From Perkinsela sp. CCAP 1560/9 (Eukaryota > Protista > Euglenozoa: Kinetoplastea), in assembly GCA_965644495.1 (NCBI GenBank), contig CBFFSA010000045.1, positions 3,160 to 67,159 of the forward strand: a stretch of 64,000 nucleotides of DNA. Direction: 5' to 3'. Made by a program: the position numbers and the translations under genes. Below the pieces are notes generated by a model, which saw only the letters and a list, made by a program, of their open reading frames with translations, had not been told where the DNA came from and ran no database searches. Positions within the stretch are counted from its first letter, which is position 1; every line of letters starts with the position of its first letter. This document shows positions 33,701-46,985 of the stretch, piece by piece.

Positions 33701-36700
33701 TACACTCTCCTTAGCGTGAATATCTTGAATCTCACAAATCCTACATGGTTTTCGGCTCTAGATCCTGGAAGAAGGTATGCCAGGACTTAGATACTACCAC
33801 CTACAAAGTACTCGAAGGAATTGAAGAAGGCACGGACAATTCTCCTCTCTCAGCTGATTCCGAACACATATACGTAGATGGGGCTGTCAGTTCAGAAGCA
33901 GGAAAACCAGCCGCGGGTTCGGGGATAGTTATTGTTAATTCAAATGGTGTAAGAACCAGACAACACTTTTTACCACCGGAATGCACTTCACCGGATCGGG
34001 CTGAACTTCGCTCCTTTCTTTTAGGCATTCAGGCAGCTTCGTCTTCTACGAGGAACACAGTTATACATACTGATTCTCATTATGTATGGGACTGGTATCA
34101 TAATGTTAGGGTTCGTTTTTCAATCATTGGACACGGTGGCATGCCAAATGCTGACCTACTCACGCAGATACAAGGAGCAATTAAAGAGCGTTGTACAGAT
34201 AGTAGTCTCTACGTTATTAAAGTGCGGGCACACTGCGGGAATTCCTTCAATGAAAAAGCTGATGAAATAGCACGCAAAGCACAGAGAACAGCTGCACGTC
34301 GTTTTTCATGCGTCATTCACACGCAAAGGGAGGGAAACAAATCTAATCACGGTCAAAAAAGGGAGCATGATCTCCAAGAAAAATCTCCACACAAAGTGAA
34401 TAATAATAATAATAATAACAAAAGACTATACACATGCAACTTTCAACGTACACTCTCCTTAGCGTGAATATCTTGAATCTCACAAATCCTACATGGTTTT
34501 CGGCTCTAGATCCTGGAAGAAGGTATGCCAGGACTTAGATACTACCACCTACAAAGTACTCGAAGGAATTGAAGAAGGCACGGACCATTCTCCTCTCTCA
34601 GCTGATTCCGAACACATATACGTAGATGGGGCTGTCAGTTCAGAAGCAGGAAAACCAGCCGCGGGTTCGGGGATAGTTATTGTTAATTCAAATGGTGTAA
34701 GAACCAGACAACACTTTTTACCACCGGAATGCACTTCACCGGATCGGGCTGAACTTCGCTCCTTTCTTTTAGGCATTCAGGCAGCTTCGTCTTCTACGAG
34801 GAACACAGTTATACATACTGATTCTCATTATGTATGGGACTGGTATCATAATGTTAGGGTTCGTTTTTCAATCATTGGACACGGTGGCATGCCAAATGCT
34901 GACCTACTCACACAGATACAAGGAGCAATTAAAGAGCGTTGTACAGATAGTAGTCTCTACGTTATTAAAGTGCGGGCACACTGCGGGAATTCCTTCAATG
35001 AAAAAGCTGATGAAATAGCACGCAAAGCACAGAGAACAGCTGCACGTCGTTTTTCATGCGTCATTCACACGCAAAGGGAGGGAAACAAATCTAATCACGG
35101 TCAAAAAAGGGAGCATGATCTCCAAGAAAAATCTCCACACAAAGTGAATAATAATAATAATAATAACAAAAGACTATACACATGCAACTTTCAACGTACA
35201 CTCTCCTTAGCGTGAATATCTTGAATCTCACAAATCCTACATGGTTTTCGGCTCTAGATCCTGGAAGAAGGTATGCCAGGACTTAGATACTACCACCTAC
35301 AAAGTACTCGAAGGAATTGAAGAAGGCACAGACAATTCTCCTCTCTCAGCTGATTCCGAACACATATACGTAGATGGGGCTGTCAGTTCAGAAGCAGGAA
35401 AACCAGCCGCGGGTTCGGGGATAGTTATTGTTAATTCAAATGGTGTAAGAACCAGACAACACTTTTTACCACCGGAATGCACTTCACCGGATCGGGCTGA
35501 ACTTCGCTCCTTTCTTTTAGGCATTCAGGCAGCTTCGTCTTCTACGAGGAACACAGTTATACATACTGATTCTCATTATGTATGGGACTGGTATCATAAT
35601 GTTAGGGTTCGTTTTTCAATCATTGGACACGGTGGCATGCCAAATGCTGACCTACTCACGCAGATACAAGGAGCAATTAAAGAGCGTTGTACAGATAGTA
35701 GTCTCTACGTTATTAAAGTGCGGGCACACTGCGGGAATTCCTTCAATGAAAAAGCTGATGAAATAGCACGCAAAGCACAGAGAACAGCTGCACGTCGTTT
35801 TTCATGCGTCATTCACACGCAAAGGGAGGGAAACAAATCTAATCACGGTCAAAAAAGGGAGCATGATCTCCAAGAAAAATCTCCACACAAAGTGAATAAT
35901 AATAATAATAATAACAAAAGACTATACACATGCAACTTTCAACGTACACTCTCCTTAGCGTGAATATCTTGAATCTCACAAATCCTACATGGTTTTCGGC
36001 TCTAGATCCTGGAAGAAGGTATGCCAGGACTTAGATACTACCACCTACAAAGTACTCGAAGGAATTGAAGAAGGCACGGACAATTCTCCTCTCTCAGCTG
36101 ATTCCGAACACATATACGTAGATGGGGCTGTCAGTTCAGAAGCAGGAAAACCAGCCGCGGGTTCGGGGATAGTTATTGTTAATTCAAATGGTGTAAGAAC
36201 CAGACAACACTTTTTACCACCGGAATGCACTTCACCGGATCGGGCTGAACTTCGCTCCTTTCTTTTAGGCATTCAGGCAGCTTCGTCTTCTACGAGGAAC
36301 ACAGTTATACATACTGATTCTCATTATGTATGGGACTGGTATCATAATGTTAGGGTTCGTTTTTCAATCATTGGACACGGTGGCATGCCAAATGCTGACC
36401 TACTCACGCAGATACAAGGAGCAATTAAAGAGCGTTGTACAGATAGTAGTCTCTACGTTATTAAAGTGCGGGCACACTGCGGGAATTCCTTCAATGAAAA
36501 AGCTGATGAAATAGCACGCAAAGCACAGAGAACAGCTGCACGTCGTTTTTCATGCGTCATTCACACGCAAAGGGAGGGAAACAAATCTAATCACGGTCAA
36601 AAAAGGGAGCATGATCTCCAAGAAAAATCTCCACACAAAGTGAATAATAATAATAATAATAACAAAAGACTATACACATGCAACTTTCAACGTACACTCT

Positions 36701-39700
36701 CCTTAGCGTGAATATCTTGAATCTCACAAATCCTACATGGTTTTCGGCTCTAGATCCTGGAAGAAGGTATGCCAGGACTTAGATACTACCACCTACAAAG
36801 TACTCGAAGGAATTGAAGAAGGCACGGACCATTCTCCTCTCTCAGCTGATTCCGAACACATATACGTAGATGGGGCTGTCAGTTCAGAAGCAGGAAAACC
36901 AGCCGCGGGTTCGGGGATAGTTATTGTTAATTCAAATGGTGTAAGAACCAGACAACACTTTTTACCACCGGAATGCACTTCACCGGATCGGGCTGAACTT
37001 CGCTCCTTTCTTTTAGGCATTCAGGCAGCTTCGTCTTCTACGAGGAACACAGTTATACATACTGATTCTCATTATGTATGGGACTGGTATCATAATGTTA
37101 GGGTTCGTTTTTCAATCATTGGACACGGTGGCATGCCAAATGCTGACCTACTCACGCAGATACAAGGAGCAATTAAAGAGCGTTGTACAGATAGTAGTCT
37201 CTACGTTATTAAAGTGCGGGCACACTGCGGGAATTCCTTCAATGAAAAAGCTGATGAAATAGCACGCAAAGCACAGAGAACAGCTGCACGTCGTTTTTCA
37301 TGCGTCATTCACACGCAAAGGGAGGGAAACAAATCTAATCACGGTCAAAAAAGGGAGCATGATCTCCAAGAAAAATCTCCACACAAAGTGAATAATAATA
37401 ATAATAATAACAAAAGACTATACACATGCAACTTTCAACGTACACTCTCCTTAGCGTGAATATCTTGAATCTCACAAATCCTACATGGTTTTCGGCTCTA
37501 GATCCTGGAAGAAGGTATGCCAGGACTTAGATACTACCACCTACAAAGTACTCGAAGGAATTGAAGAAGGCACGGACAATTCTCCTCTCTCAGCTGATTC
37601 CGAACACATATACGTAGATGGGGCTGTCAGTTCAGAAGCAGGAAAACCAGCCGCGGGTTCGGGGATAGTTATTGTTAATTCAAATGGTGTAAGAACCAGA
37701 CAACACTTTTTACCACCGGAATGCACTTCACCGGATCGGGCTGAACTTCGCTCCTTTCTTTTAGGCATTCAGGCAGCTTCGTCTTCTACGAGGAACACAG
37801 TTATACATACTGATTCTCATTATGTATGGGACTGGTATCATAATGTTAGGGTTCGTTTTTCAATCATTGGACACGGTGGCATGCCAAATGCTGACCTACT
37901 CACGCAGATACAAGGAGCAATTAAAGAGCGTTGTACAGATAGTAGTCTCTACGTTATTAAAGTGCGGGCACACTGCGGGAATTCCTTCAATGAAAAAGCT
38001 GATGAAATAGCACGCAAAGCACAGAGAACAGCTGCACGTCGTTTTTCATGCGTCATTCACACGCAAAGGGAGGGAAACAAATCTAATCACGGTCAAAAAA
38101 GGGAGCATGATCTCCAAGAAAAATCTCCACACAAAGTGAATAATAATAATAATAATAACAAAAGACTATACACATGCAACTTTCAACGTACACTCTCCTT
38201 AGCGTGAATATCTTGAATCTCACAAATCCTACATGGTTTTCGGCTCTAGATCCTGGAAGAAGGTATGCCAGGACTTAGATACTACCACCTACAAAGTACT
38301 CGAAGGAATTGAAGAAGGCACGGACCATTCTCCTCTCTCAGCTGATTCCGAACACATATACGTAGATGGGGCTGTCAGTTCAGAAGCAGGAAAACCAGCC
38401 GCGGGTTCGGGGATAGTTATTGTTAATTCAAATGGTGTAAGAACCAGACAACACTTTTTACCACCGGAATGCACTTCACCGGATCGGGCTGAACTTCGCT
38501 CCTTTCTTTTAGGCATTCAGGCAGCTTCGTCTTCTACGAGGAACACAGTTATACATACTGATTCTCATTATGTATGGGACTGGTATCATAATGTTAGGGT
38601 TCGTTTTTCAATCATTGGACACGGTGGCATGCCAAATGCTGACCTACTCACGCAGATACAAGGAGCAATTAAAGAGCGTTGTACAGATAGTAGTCTCTAC
38701 GTTATTAAAGTGCGGGCACACTGCGGGAATTCCTTCAATGAAAAAGCTGATGAAATAGCACGCAAAGCACAGAGAACAGCTGCACGTCGTTTTTCATGCG
38801 TCATTCACACGCAAAGGGAGGGAAACAAATCTAATCACGGTCAAAAAAGGGAGCATGATCTCCAAGAAAAATCTCCACACAAAGTGAATAATAATAATAA
38901 TAATAACAAAAGACTATACACATGCAACTTTCAACGTACACTCTCCTTAGCGTGAATATCTTGAATCTCACAAATCCTACATGGTTTTCGGCTCTAGATC
39001 CTGGAAGAAGGTATGCCAGGACTTAGATACTACCACCTACAAAGTACTCGAAGGAATTGAAGAAGGCACAGACAATTCTCCTCTCTCAGCTGATTCCGAA
39101 CACATATACGTAGATGGGGCTGTCAGTTCAGAAGCAGGAAAACCAGCCGCGGGTTCGGGGATAGTTATTGTTAATTCAAATGGTGTAAGAACCAGACAAC
39201 ACTTTTTACCACCGGAATGCACTTCACCGGATCGGGCTGAACTTCGCTCCTTTCTTTTAGGCATTCAGGCAGCTTCGTCTTCTACGAGGAACACAGTTAT
39301 ACATACTGATTCTCATTATGTATGGGACTGGTATCATAATGTTAGGGTTCGTTTTTCAATCATTGGACACGGTGGCATGCCAAATGCTGACCTACTCACG
39401 CAGATACAAGGAGCAATTAAAGAGCGTTGTACAGATAGTAGTCTCTACGTTATTAAAGTGCGGGCACACTGCGGGAATTCCTTCAATGAAAAAGCTGATG
39501 AAATAGCACGCAAAGCACAGAGAACAGCTGCACGTCGTTTTTCATGCGTCATTCACACGCAAAGGGAGGGAAACAAATCTAATCACGGTCAAAAAAGGGA
39601 GCATGATCTCCAAGAAAAATCTCCACACAAAGTGAATAATAATAATAATAATAACAAAAGACTATACACATGCAACTTTCAACGTACACTCTCCTTAGCG

Positions 39701-42700
39701 TGAATATCTTGAATCTCACAAATCCTACATGGTTTTCGGCTCTAGATCCTGGAAGAAGGTATGCCAGGACTTAGATACTACCACCTACAAAGTACTCGAA
39801 GGAATTGAAGAAGGCACGGACCATTCTCCTCTCTCAGCTGATTCCGAACACATATACGTAGATGGGGCTGTCAGTTCAGAAGCAGGAAAACCAGCCGCGG
39901 GTTCGGGGATAGTTATTGTTAATTCAAATGGTGTAAGAACCAGACAACACGTTTTACCACCGGAATGCACTTCACCGGATCGGGCTGAACTTCGCTCCTT
40001 TCGTTTAGGCATTCAGGCAGCTTCGTCTTCTACGAGGAACACAGTTATACATACTGATTCTCATTATGTATGGGACTGGTATCATAATGTTAGGGTTCGT
40101 TTTTCAATCATTGGATACGGTGGCATGCCAAATGCTGACCTACTCACGCAGATACAAGGAGCAATTAAAGAGCGTTGTACAGATAGTAGTCTCTACGTTA
40201 TTAAAGTGCGGGCACACTGCTGGAATTCCTTCAATGAAAAAGCTGATGAAATAGCACGCAAAGCACAGAGAACAGCTGCACGTCGTTTTTCATGCGTCAT
40301 TCACACGCAAAGGGAGGGAAACAAATCTAATCACGGTCAAAAAAGGGAGCATGATCTCCAAGAAAAATCTCCACACAAAGTGAATAATAATAATAATAAT
40401 AACAAAAGACTATACACATGCAACTTTCAACGTACACTCTCCTTAGCGTGAATATCTTGAATCTCACAAATCCTACATGGTTTTCGGCTCTAGATCCTGG
40501 AAGAAGGTATGCCAGGACTTAGATACTACCACCTACAAAGTACTCGAAGGAATTGAAGAAGGCACGGACAATTCTCCTCTCTCAGCTGATTCCGAACACA
40601 TATACGTAGATGGGGCTGTCAGTTCAGAAGCAGGAAAACCAGCCGCGGGTTCGGGGATAGTTATTGTTAATTCAAATGGTGTAAGAACCAGACAACACTT
40701 TTTACCACCGGAATGCACTTCACCGGATCGGGCTGAACTTCGCTCCTTTCTTTTAGGCATTCAGGCAGCTTCGTCTTCTACGAGGAACACAGTTATACAT
40801 ACTGATTCTCATTATGTATGGGACTGGTATCATAATGTTAGGGTTCGTTTTTCAATCATTGGACACGGTGGCATGCCAAATGCTGACCTACTCACGCAGA
40901 TACAAGGAGCAATTAAAGAGCGTTGTACAGATAGTAGTCTCTACGTTATTAAAGTGCGGGCACACTGCGGGAATTCCTTCAATGAAAAAGCTGATGAAAT
41001 AGCACGCAAAGCACAGAGAACAGCTGCACGTCGTTTTTCATGCGTCATTCACACGCAAAGGGAGGGAAACAAATCTAATCACGGTCAAAAAAGGGAGCAT
41101 GATCTCCAAGAAAAATCTCCACACAAAGTGAATAATAATAATAATAATAACAAAAGACTATACACATGCAACTTTCAACGTACACTCTCCTTAGCGTGAA
41201 TATCTTGAATCTCACAAATCCTACATGGTTTTCGGCTCTAGATCCTGGAAGAAGGTATGCCAGGACTTAGATACTACCACCTACAAAGTACTCGAAGGAA
41301 TTGAAGAAGGCACGGACCATTCTCCTCTCTCAGCTGATTCCGAACACATATACGTAGATGGGGCTGTCAGTTCAGAAGCAGGAAAACCAGCCGCGGGTTC
41401 GGGGATAGTTATTGTTAATTCAAATGGTGTAAGAACCAGACAACACTTTTTACCACCGGAATGCACTTCACCGGATCGGGCTGAACTTCGCTCCTTTCTT
41501 TTAGGCATTCAGGCAGCTTCGTCTTCTACGAGGAACACAGTTATACATACTGATTCTCATTATGTATGGGACTGGTATCATAATGTTAGGGTTCGTTTTT
41601 CAATCATTGGACACGGTGGCATGCCAAATGCTGACCTACTCACGCAGATACAAGGAGCAATTAAAGAGCGTTGTACAGATAGTAGTCTCTACGTTATTAA
41701 AGTGCGGGCACACTGCGGGAATTCCTTCAATGAAAAAGCTGATGAAATAGCACGCAAAGCACAGAGAACAGCTGCACGTCGTTTTTCATGCGTCATTCAC
41801 ACGCAAAGGGAGGGAAACAAATCTAATCACGGTCAAAAAAGGGAGCATGATCTCCAAGAAAAATCTCCACACAAAGTGAATAATAATAATAATAATAACA
41901 AAAGACTATACACATGCAACTTTCAACGTACACTCTCCTTAGCGTGAATATCTTGAATCTCACAAATCCTACATGGTTTTCGGCTCTAGATCCTGGAAGA
42001 AGGTATGCCAGGACTTAGATACTACCACCTACAAAGTACTCGAAGGAATTGAAGAAGGCACAGACAATTCTCCTCTCTCAGCTGATTCCGAACACATATA
42101 CGTAGATGGGGCTGTCAGTTCAGAAGCAGGAAAACCAGCCGCGGGTTCGGGGATAGTTATTGTTAATTCAAATGGTGTAAGAACCAGACAACACTTTTTA
42201 CCACCGGAATGCACTTCACCGGATCGGGCTGAACTTCGCTCCTTTCTTTTAGGCATTCAGGCAGCTTCGTCTTCTACGAGGAACACAGTTATACATACTG
42301 ATTCTCATTATGTATGGGACTGGTATCATAATGTTAGGGTTCGTTTTTCAATCATTGGACACGGTGGCATGCCAAATGCTGACCTACTCACGCAGATACA
42401 AGGAGCAATTAAAGAGCGTTGTACAGATAGTAGTCTCTACGTTATTAAAGTGCGGGCACACTGCGGGAATTCCTTCAATGAAAAAGCTGATGAAATAGCA
42501 CGCAAAGCACAGAGAACAGCTGCACGTCGTTTTTCATGCGTCATTCACACGCAAAGGGAGGGAAACAAATCTAATCACGGTCAAAAAAGGGAGCATGATC
42601 TCCAAGAAAAATCTCCACACAAAGTGAATAATAATAATAATAATAACAAAAGACTATACACATGCAACTTTCAACGTACACTCTCCTTAGCGTGAATATC

Positions 42701-42720
42701 TTGAATCTCACAAATCCTAC

Positions 42721-43383
42721 ATGGTTTTCGGCTCTAGATCCTGGAAGAAGGTATGCCAGGACTTAGATACTACCACCTACAAAGTACTCGAAGGAATTGA
42801 AGAAGGCACGGACCATTCTCCTCTCTCAGCTGATTCCGAACACATATACGTAGATGGGGCTGTCAGTTCAGAAGCAGGAAAACCAGCCGCGGGTTCGGGG
42901 ATAGTTATTGTTAATTCAAATGGTGTAAGAACCAGACAACACGTTTTACCACCGGAATGCACTTCACCGGATCGGGCTGAACTTCGCTCCTTTCTTTTAG
43001 GCATTCAGGCAGCTTCGTCTTCTACGAGGAACACAGTTATACATACTGATTCTCATTATGTATGGGACTGGTATCATAATGTTAGGGTTCGTTTTTCAAT
43101 CATTGGATACGGTGGCATGCCAAATGCTGACCTACTCACGCAGATACAAGGAGCAATTAAAGAGCGTTGTACAGATAGTAGTCTCTACGTTATTAAAGTG
43201 CGGGCACACTGCGGGAATTCCTTCAATAAAAAAGCTGATGAAATAGCACGCAAAGCACAGAGAACAGCTGCACGTCGTTTTTCATGCGTCATTCACACGC
43301 AAAGGGAGGGAAACAAATCTAATCACGGTCAAAAAAGGGAGCATGATCTCCAAGAAAAATCTCCACACAAAGTGAATATGTAA
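42721..43383 (+). CDS. RNase H ORF, last unit (220 aa, native C-terminus)
   Basis: Ends KVNM* and runs into the native 3' region. Confidence 0.55.
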   Translation: MVFGSRSWKKVCQDLDTTTYKVLEGIEEGTDHSPLSADSEHIYVDGAVSSEAGKPAAGSGIVIVNSNGVRTRQHVLPPECTSPDRAELRSFLLGIQAASSSTRNTVIHTDSHYVWDWYHNVRVRFSIIGYGGMPNADLLTQIQGAIKERCTDSSLYVIKVRAHCGNSFNKKADEIARKAQRTAARRFSCVIHTQREGNKSNHGQKREHDLQEKSPHKVNM

Positions 43384-44086
43384 AAAGGGAAACTGAAAAA
43401 TACAGAAGAAGGCAGCACAGTCAGGATTGCTCGTTCACTCAACCCAGAAGCTAATACCGGGGATCCAGTAACGTTTTCTCAGTACAAGACATCACGGGGT
43501 AGACTGACGAATGCCCCCATTTTTGTGAAGAAAAGCCGCTATATGTAATCGAAATTTGCTGTGTATAACTTTGCGCATTAATCTGGAACGCTTATTTTCA
43601 GGAGTGTTATGTCCTCTTGGTACATTTATTTATCAACGCGTTAATAATATTCTGGAGCATTTATGTATATTTCATTGCTAAATATCCGTACTCATACGAA
43701 AACACTGAGTGGGGTACGAAAACACTGAGTGGGGATAGTATACGGTGGTTTATTTGGCAAGCAGAGAACAAGTTGGCGCTGAGTTGCTCTTCGGGCATAT
43801 GACGCGGCAATGAAGGCAAGAACTTGCGTACTGCTTAACCCTTGGTACCGCGTTGAATATCGATGGTGAAATATTGAGCTGAAAATGGCTAATTGTAAGA
43901 TTGTTCTGGTTTGCTTGTGCTCGTTTGTACACGTTTTCTCCTAATTGCAAAAGAGGATAGGTCTCCTACCTCCATTCGCATAATCCGCGGTTTTGCCTAT
44001 TCGTGATGTGGATAGATGTTTCAGTGCGCTAAGGAGAGTGTACGTTGAAAGTTGCATGTGTATAGTCTTTTGTTATTATTATTATT
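43384..44086 (+). mobile_element. 3' region of the RNase H-bearing non-LTR element, ending in a (TTA)n tail
   Basis: First ~385 bp is duplicated at ~28894-29279; TTA repeats at ~44073-44086. Confidence 0.6.
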
Positions 44087-44144
44087 GATGGATTTGCGTT
44101 GCGCGATCCGAGGTTTTTGATTTTACAGCTGATAACGGTGTCAG

Positions 44145-45284
44145 AAATGCCCAATCACATAGTAAAATAATTTTTCATATACCATCCCAGAACTCACAAA
44201 AGGATAACGATAGCAATGACACTTGTCCCCTCGAAACCAGCAAAGCCTCAAAGTAAAAAAGAACAGTTCCCGGATCAATTATTGTATACGCGCCAATTGT
44301 TGTCAAACGTGATGAAGAATCAATGCAGAAGTAGCAGTATCTAATATATTCGAAAGGACCTAATATATTCGAAGGCAACTAATCAATACTTATTTGTACG
44401 GAGATATACGTGTGGTAGTGAACTCTTTTAGAGTCGTAAACTCCCAATCCACTTTTCATCGGTGATGTAATCTCGGAGTTGAGACACTACCGTGTAAGCC
44501 GATAGCTTTTCAAGTTCCAGCTGAAAAGCCTCACGCACGTTTTCATATTTTCGATTCGCGCGCTGAGCCAACGCCTTTAATAGTTGTTTTGTGTCGTTGT
44601 GCAACACACCACAATCTGAGGCGGCGATGCAACGAAATGCCTCACTGTCCACACCTTTCTCTGTCACATATTTCTTGAACTTAAATATTAAAGATCTTAA
44701 ATATTAAGAGATCTACATACATTCATATCCCCCCCAATAGAGAAATATTAAGAGATCTACTGAACTTCCTTTCCTGGGCTTGCTGCAGTAGGTAGTTGCT
44801 TGTTTGTTTCTTGTAATAAAAAAACAAAAATTTGTAGCTTGTAACTGTTGCAGCAAGTGTGAACCACTGTGAAATCATAGAGGACTTCTCCCATATGGGG
44901 CCACATGATAGCGAGGTCGGGGCCAGATCGAATCCTGCGCGCCTTACATGGATGTTGGTCAGAAACCTCCGCAGAAATAGAGCATTTACACTTTGTACAA
45001 TAAAATGAGGAGTGAATTCGCGGTTCGATAACACACGGAAGTCCTGCCTTCGCGCACAAGTCAGCTAGATAGCGCACGATGTGAGAGTGTTTACGAGTGC
45101 AGTTCATACCTGAGCATCTCGAGCATCCTGCGATATGTGGAATAATACTAGAAGATGTTTCTGGACCACAGCATCCCGGGCATACGACGTTTATTGGCGC
45201 TTTCGGTAGACTTATTCCAAGTCGCATCATTAGGGTGTAGCGGAAAAGGTAAGGATTCACATAGTTATTCGTACTCTCTAAATG
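44145..45284 (-). pseudogene. 5'-truncated, disrupted CRE family B copy (Zn motif, RLE domain, 3' UTR)
   Basis: Translates to HLESTNNYVNPYLFRY...CPGC...SGPDLAIMW...YDFTVVH, close to the end of 47027-50515; small insertions near 44680-44760 and 44815-44835; UTR match to ~50805-50900. Confidence 0.85.
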
Positions 45285-46638
45285 TCCGAGGCAGCGCACA
45301 TGCAAATCGCCGCGATTGAAGTCGTGAAGTCACAAAACTTTGATATGCCTTTTTCTGAAAACCGAAAGCTGAGACCACGCGCAGCACGCAGCGGCGCGCC
45401 AAAGTGGATTTATGCACTCGTGAGTGCGCGCTCCGAATGTTGATGGATTTGCGTTGCGCGATTCGAGGCAGCGCACACATCGCGCAAATCGCCGCGATTG
45501 AAGTCGTGAAGTCACAAAACTTTGATATACATTTTTCTGAAAACCAAAAACTGAGACCACGCGCAGCACGCAGCGGCGCGCCAAAGTGGATTTATGCACT
45601 CGTGAGTGCGCGCTCCGAATGTTGATGGATTTGCGTTGCGTGATCCGAGGCAGCGCACATGCAAATCGCCGCGATTGAAGTCGTGAAGTCACAAAACTTT
45701 GATATGCCTTTTTCTGAAAACCGAAAGCTGAGACCACGCGCAGCACGCAGCGGCGCGCCAAAGTGGATTTATGCACTCGTGAGTGTGCGCTCCGAATGTT
45801 TATGGATTTGCGTTGCGCGATTCGAGGCAGCGCACACATCGCGCAAATCGCCGCGATTGAAGTCGTGAAGTCACAAAACTTTGATATACATTTTTCTGAA
45901 AACCAAAAACTGAGACCACGCGCAGCACGCAGCGGCGCGCCAAAGTGGATTTATGCACTCGTGAGTGCGCGCTCCGAATGTTGATGGATTTGCGTTGCGC
46001 GATCCGAGGCACCGCACACGCAAATCGCCGCGATTGAAGTTGTGAAGTCACAAAACTTTGATATGCCTTTTTCTGAAAGCCGAAAGCTGAGACCACGCGC
46101 AGGAGCAACGGTGCGCCAAAGTGGATTTATGCACTCGTGAGTGCGCATTCCGAATGTTGATGGATTTGCATTGCGTGATCCGAGGCACCGCACACGCAAA
46201 TCGCCGCGATTGAAGTCGTGAAGTCACAAAACTTTGATATACATTTTTCTGAAAACCAAAAACTGAGACCACGCGCAGCACGCAGCGGCGCGCCAAAGTG
46301 GATTTATGCACTCGTGAGTGCGCGCTCCGAATGTTGATGGATTTGCGTTGCGCGATCCGAGGCACCGCACACGCAAATCGCCGCGATTGAAGTTGTGAAG
46401 TCACAAAACTTTGATATGCCTTTTTCTGAAAACCGAAAGCTGAGACCACGCGCAGCACGCAGCGGCGCGCCAAAGTGGATTTATGCACTCGTGAGTGTGC
46501 GCTCCGAATGTTGATGGATTTGCGTTGCGTGATCCGAGGCACCGCACACGCAAATCGCCGCGATTGAAGGCGTGAAGTCGCAAAACTTTGATGCGCCTTT
46601 TTCTGAAAACCGAAAGCTGAGACCACGCGCAGCACTCG
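45285..46638. repeat. Satellite with a ~177-182-bp unit, ~7.5 copies
   Basis: AAATCGCCGCGATTGAAG at ~45304, 45486, 45663, 45845, 46022, 46198, 46375, 46552. Confidence 0.92.
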
Positions 46639-46769
46639 TGCAACCGGTATGATTCCAGAGTTCGCGTTTCAATGTCTTCCGATCTTTTCTTGCGGTTCTC
46701 TCCACCAGAACACAAGATTTCTGATACATGCACTTGCGGATGCAAAGGGCACAGTTGTAGGCACAGTTG

Positions 46770-46985
46770 TTTTCAACTTGCAAAGGGCACAGTTGTAGGC
46801 AGAACTTCACGTAAGGGACAAGTTAAAATAAAGATTTCGTACGGGCCAGAATCTGAGAGTGAAGGTCCAAGCGGTTTTCTTTACTTACCACAATCACACA
46901 AGATCAGAATCCGCAGTATTCGAGCAACAAAATTGCTGAAAGTTGAGATTCCAACTTTCTCAAACGCGGATGATATTGTATTGTA
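46770..46985 (+). pseudogene. Fragment of the CRE family B N-terminal domain
   Basis: KGTVVGRTSRKGQVKIKISY...GPSGFLYLPQS matches the domain in downstream copies; cut off at the SL relic. Confidence 0.75.

Larger units (their letters stand above)
26710..43383 (+). repeat. Tandem array of a 748-bp unit encoding an RNase H domain, 22 copies, interrupted once by the native 3' region (~28894-29279)
   Basis: ORF starts spaced exactly 748 bp apart (27489, 28237; 30005 to 42721). Confidence 0.95.

Noticed and set aside
26797-43246. Repeated 75-aa antisense and 62-aa alternate-frame ORFs
   Set aside because: Shadows of the RNase H unit with no motifs
45265-46810. Overlapping Arg/Cys-rich ORFs
   Set aside because: Translations of the GC-rich satellite
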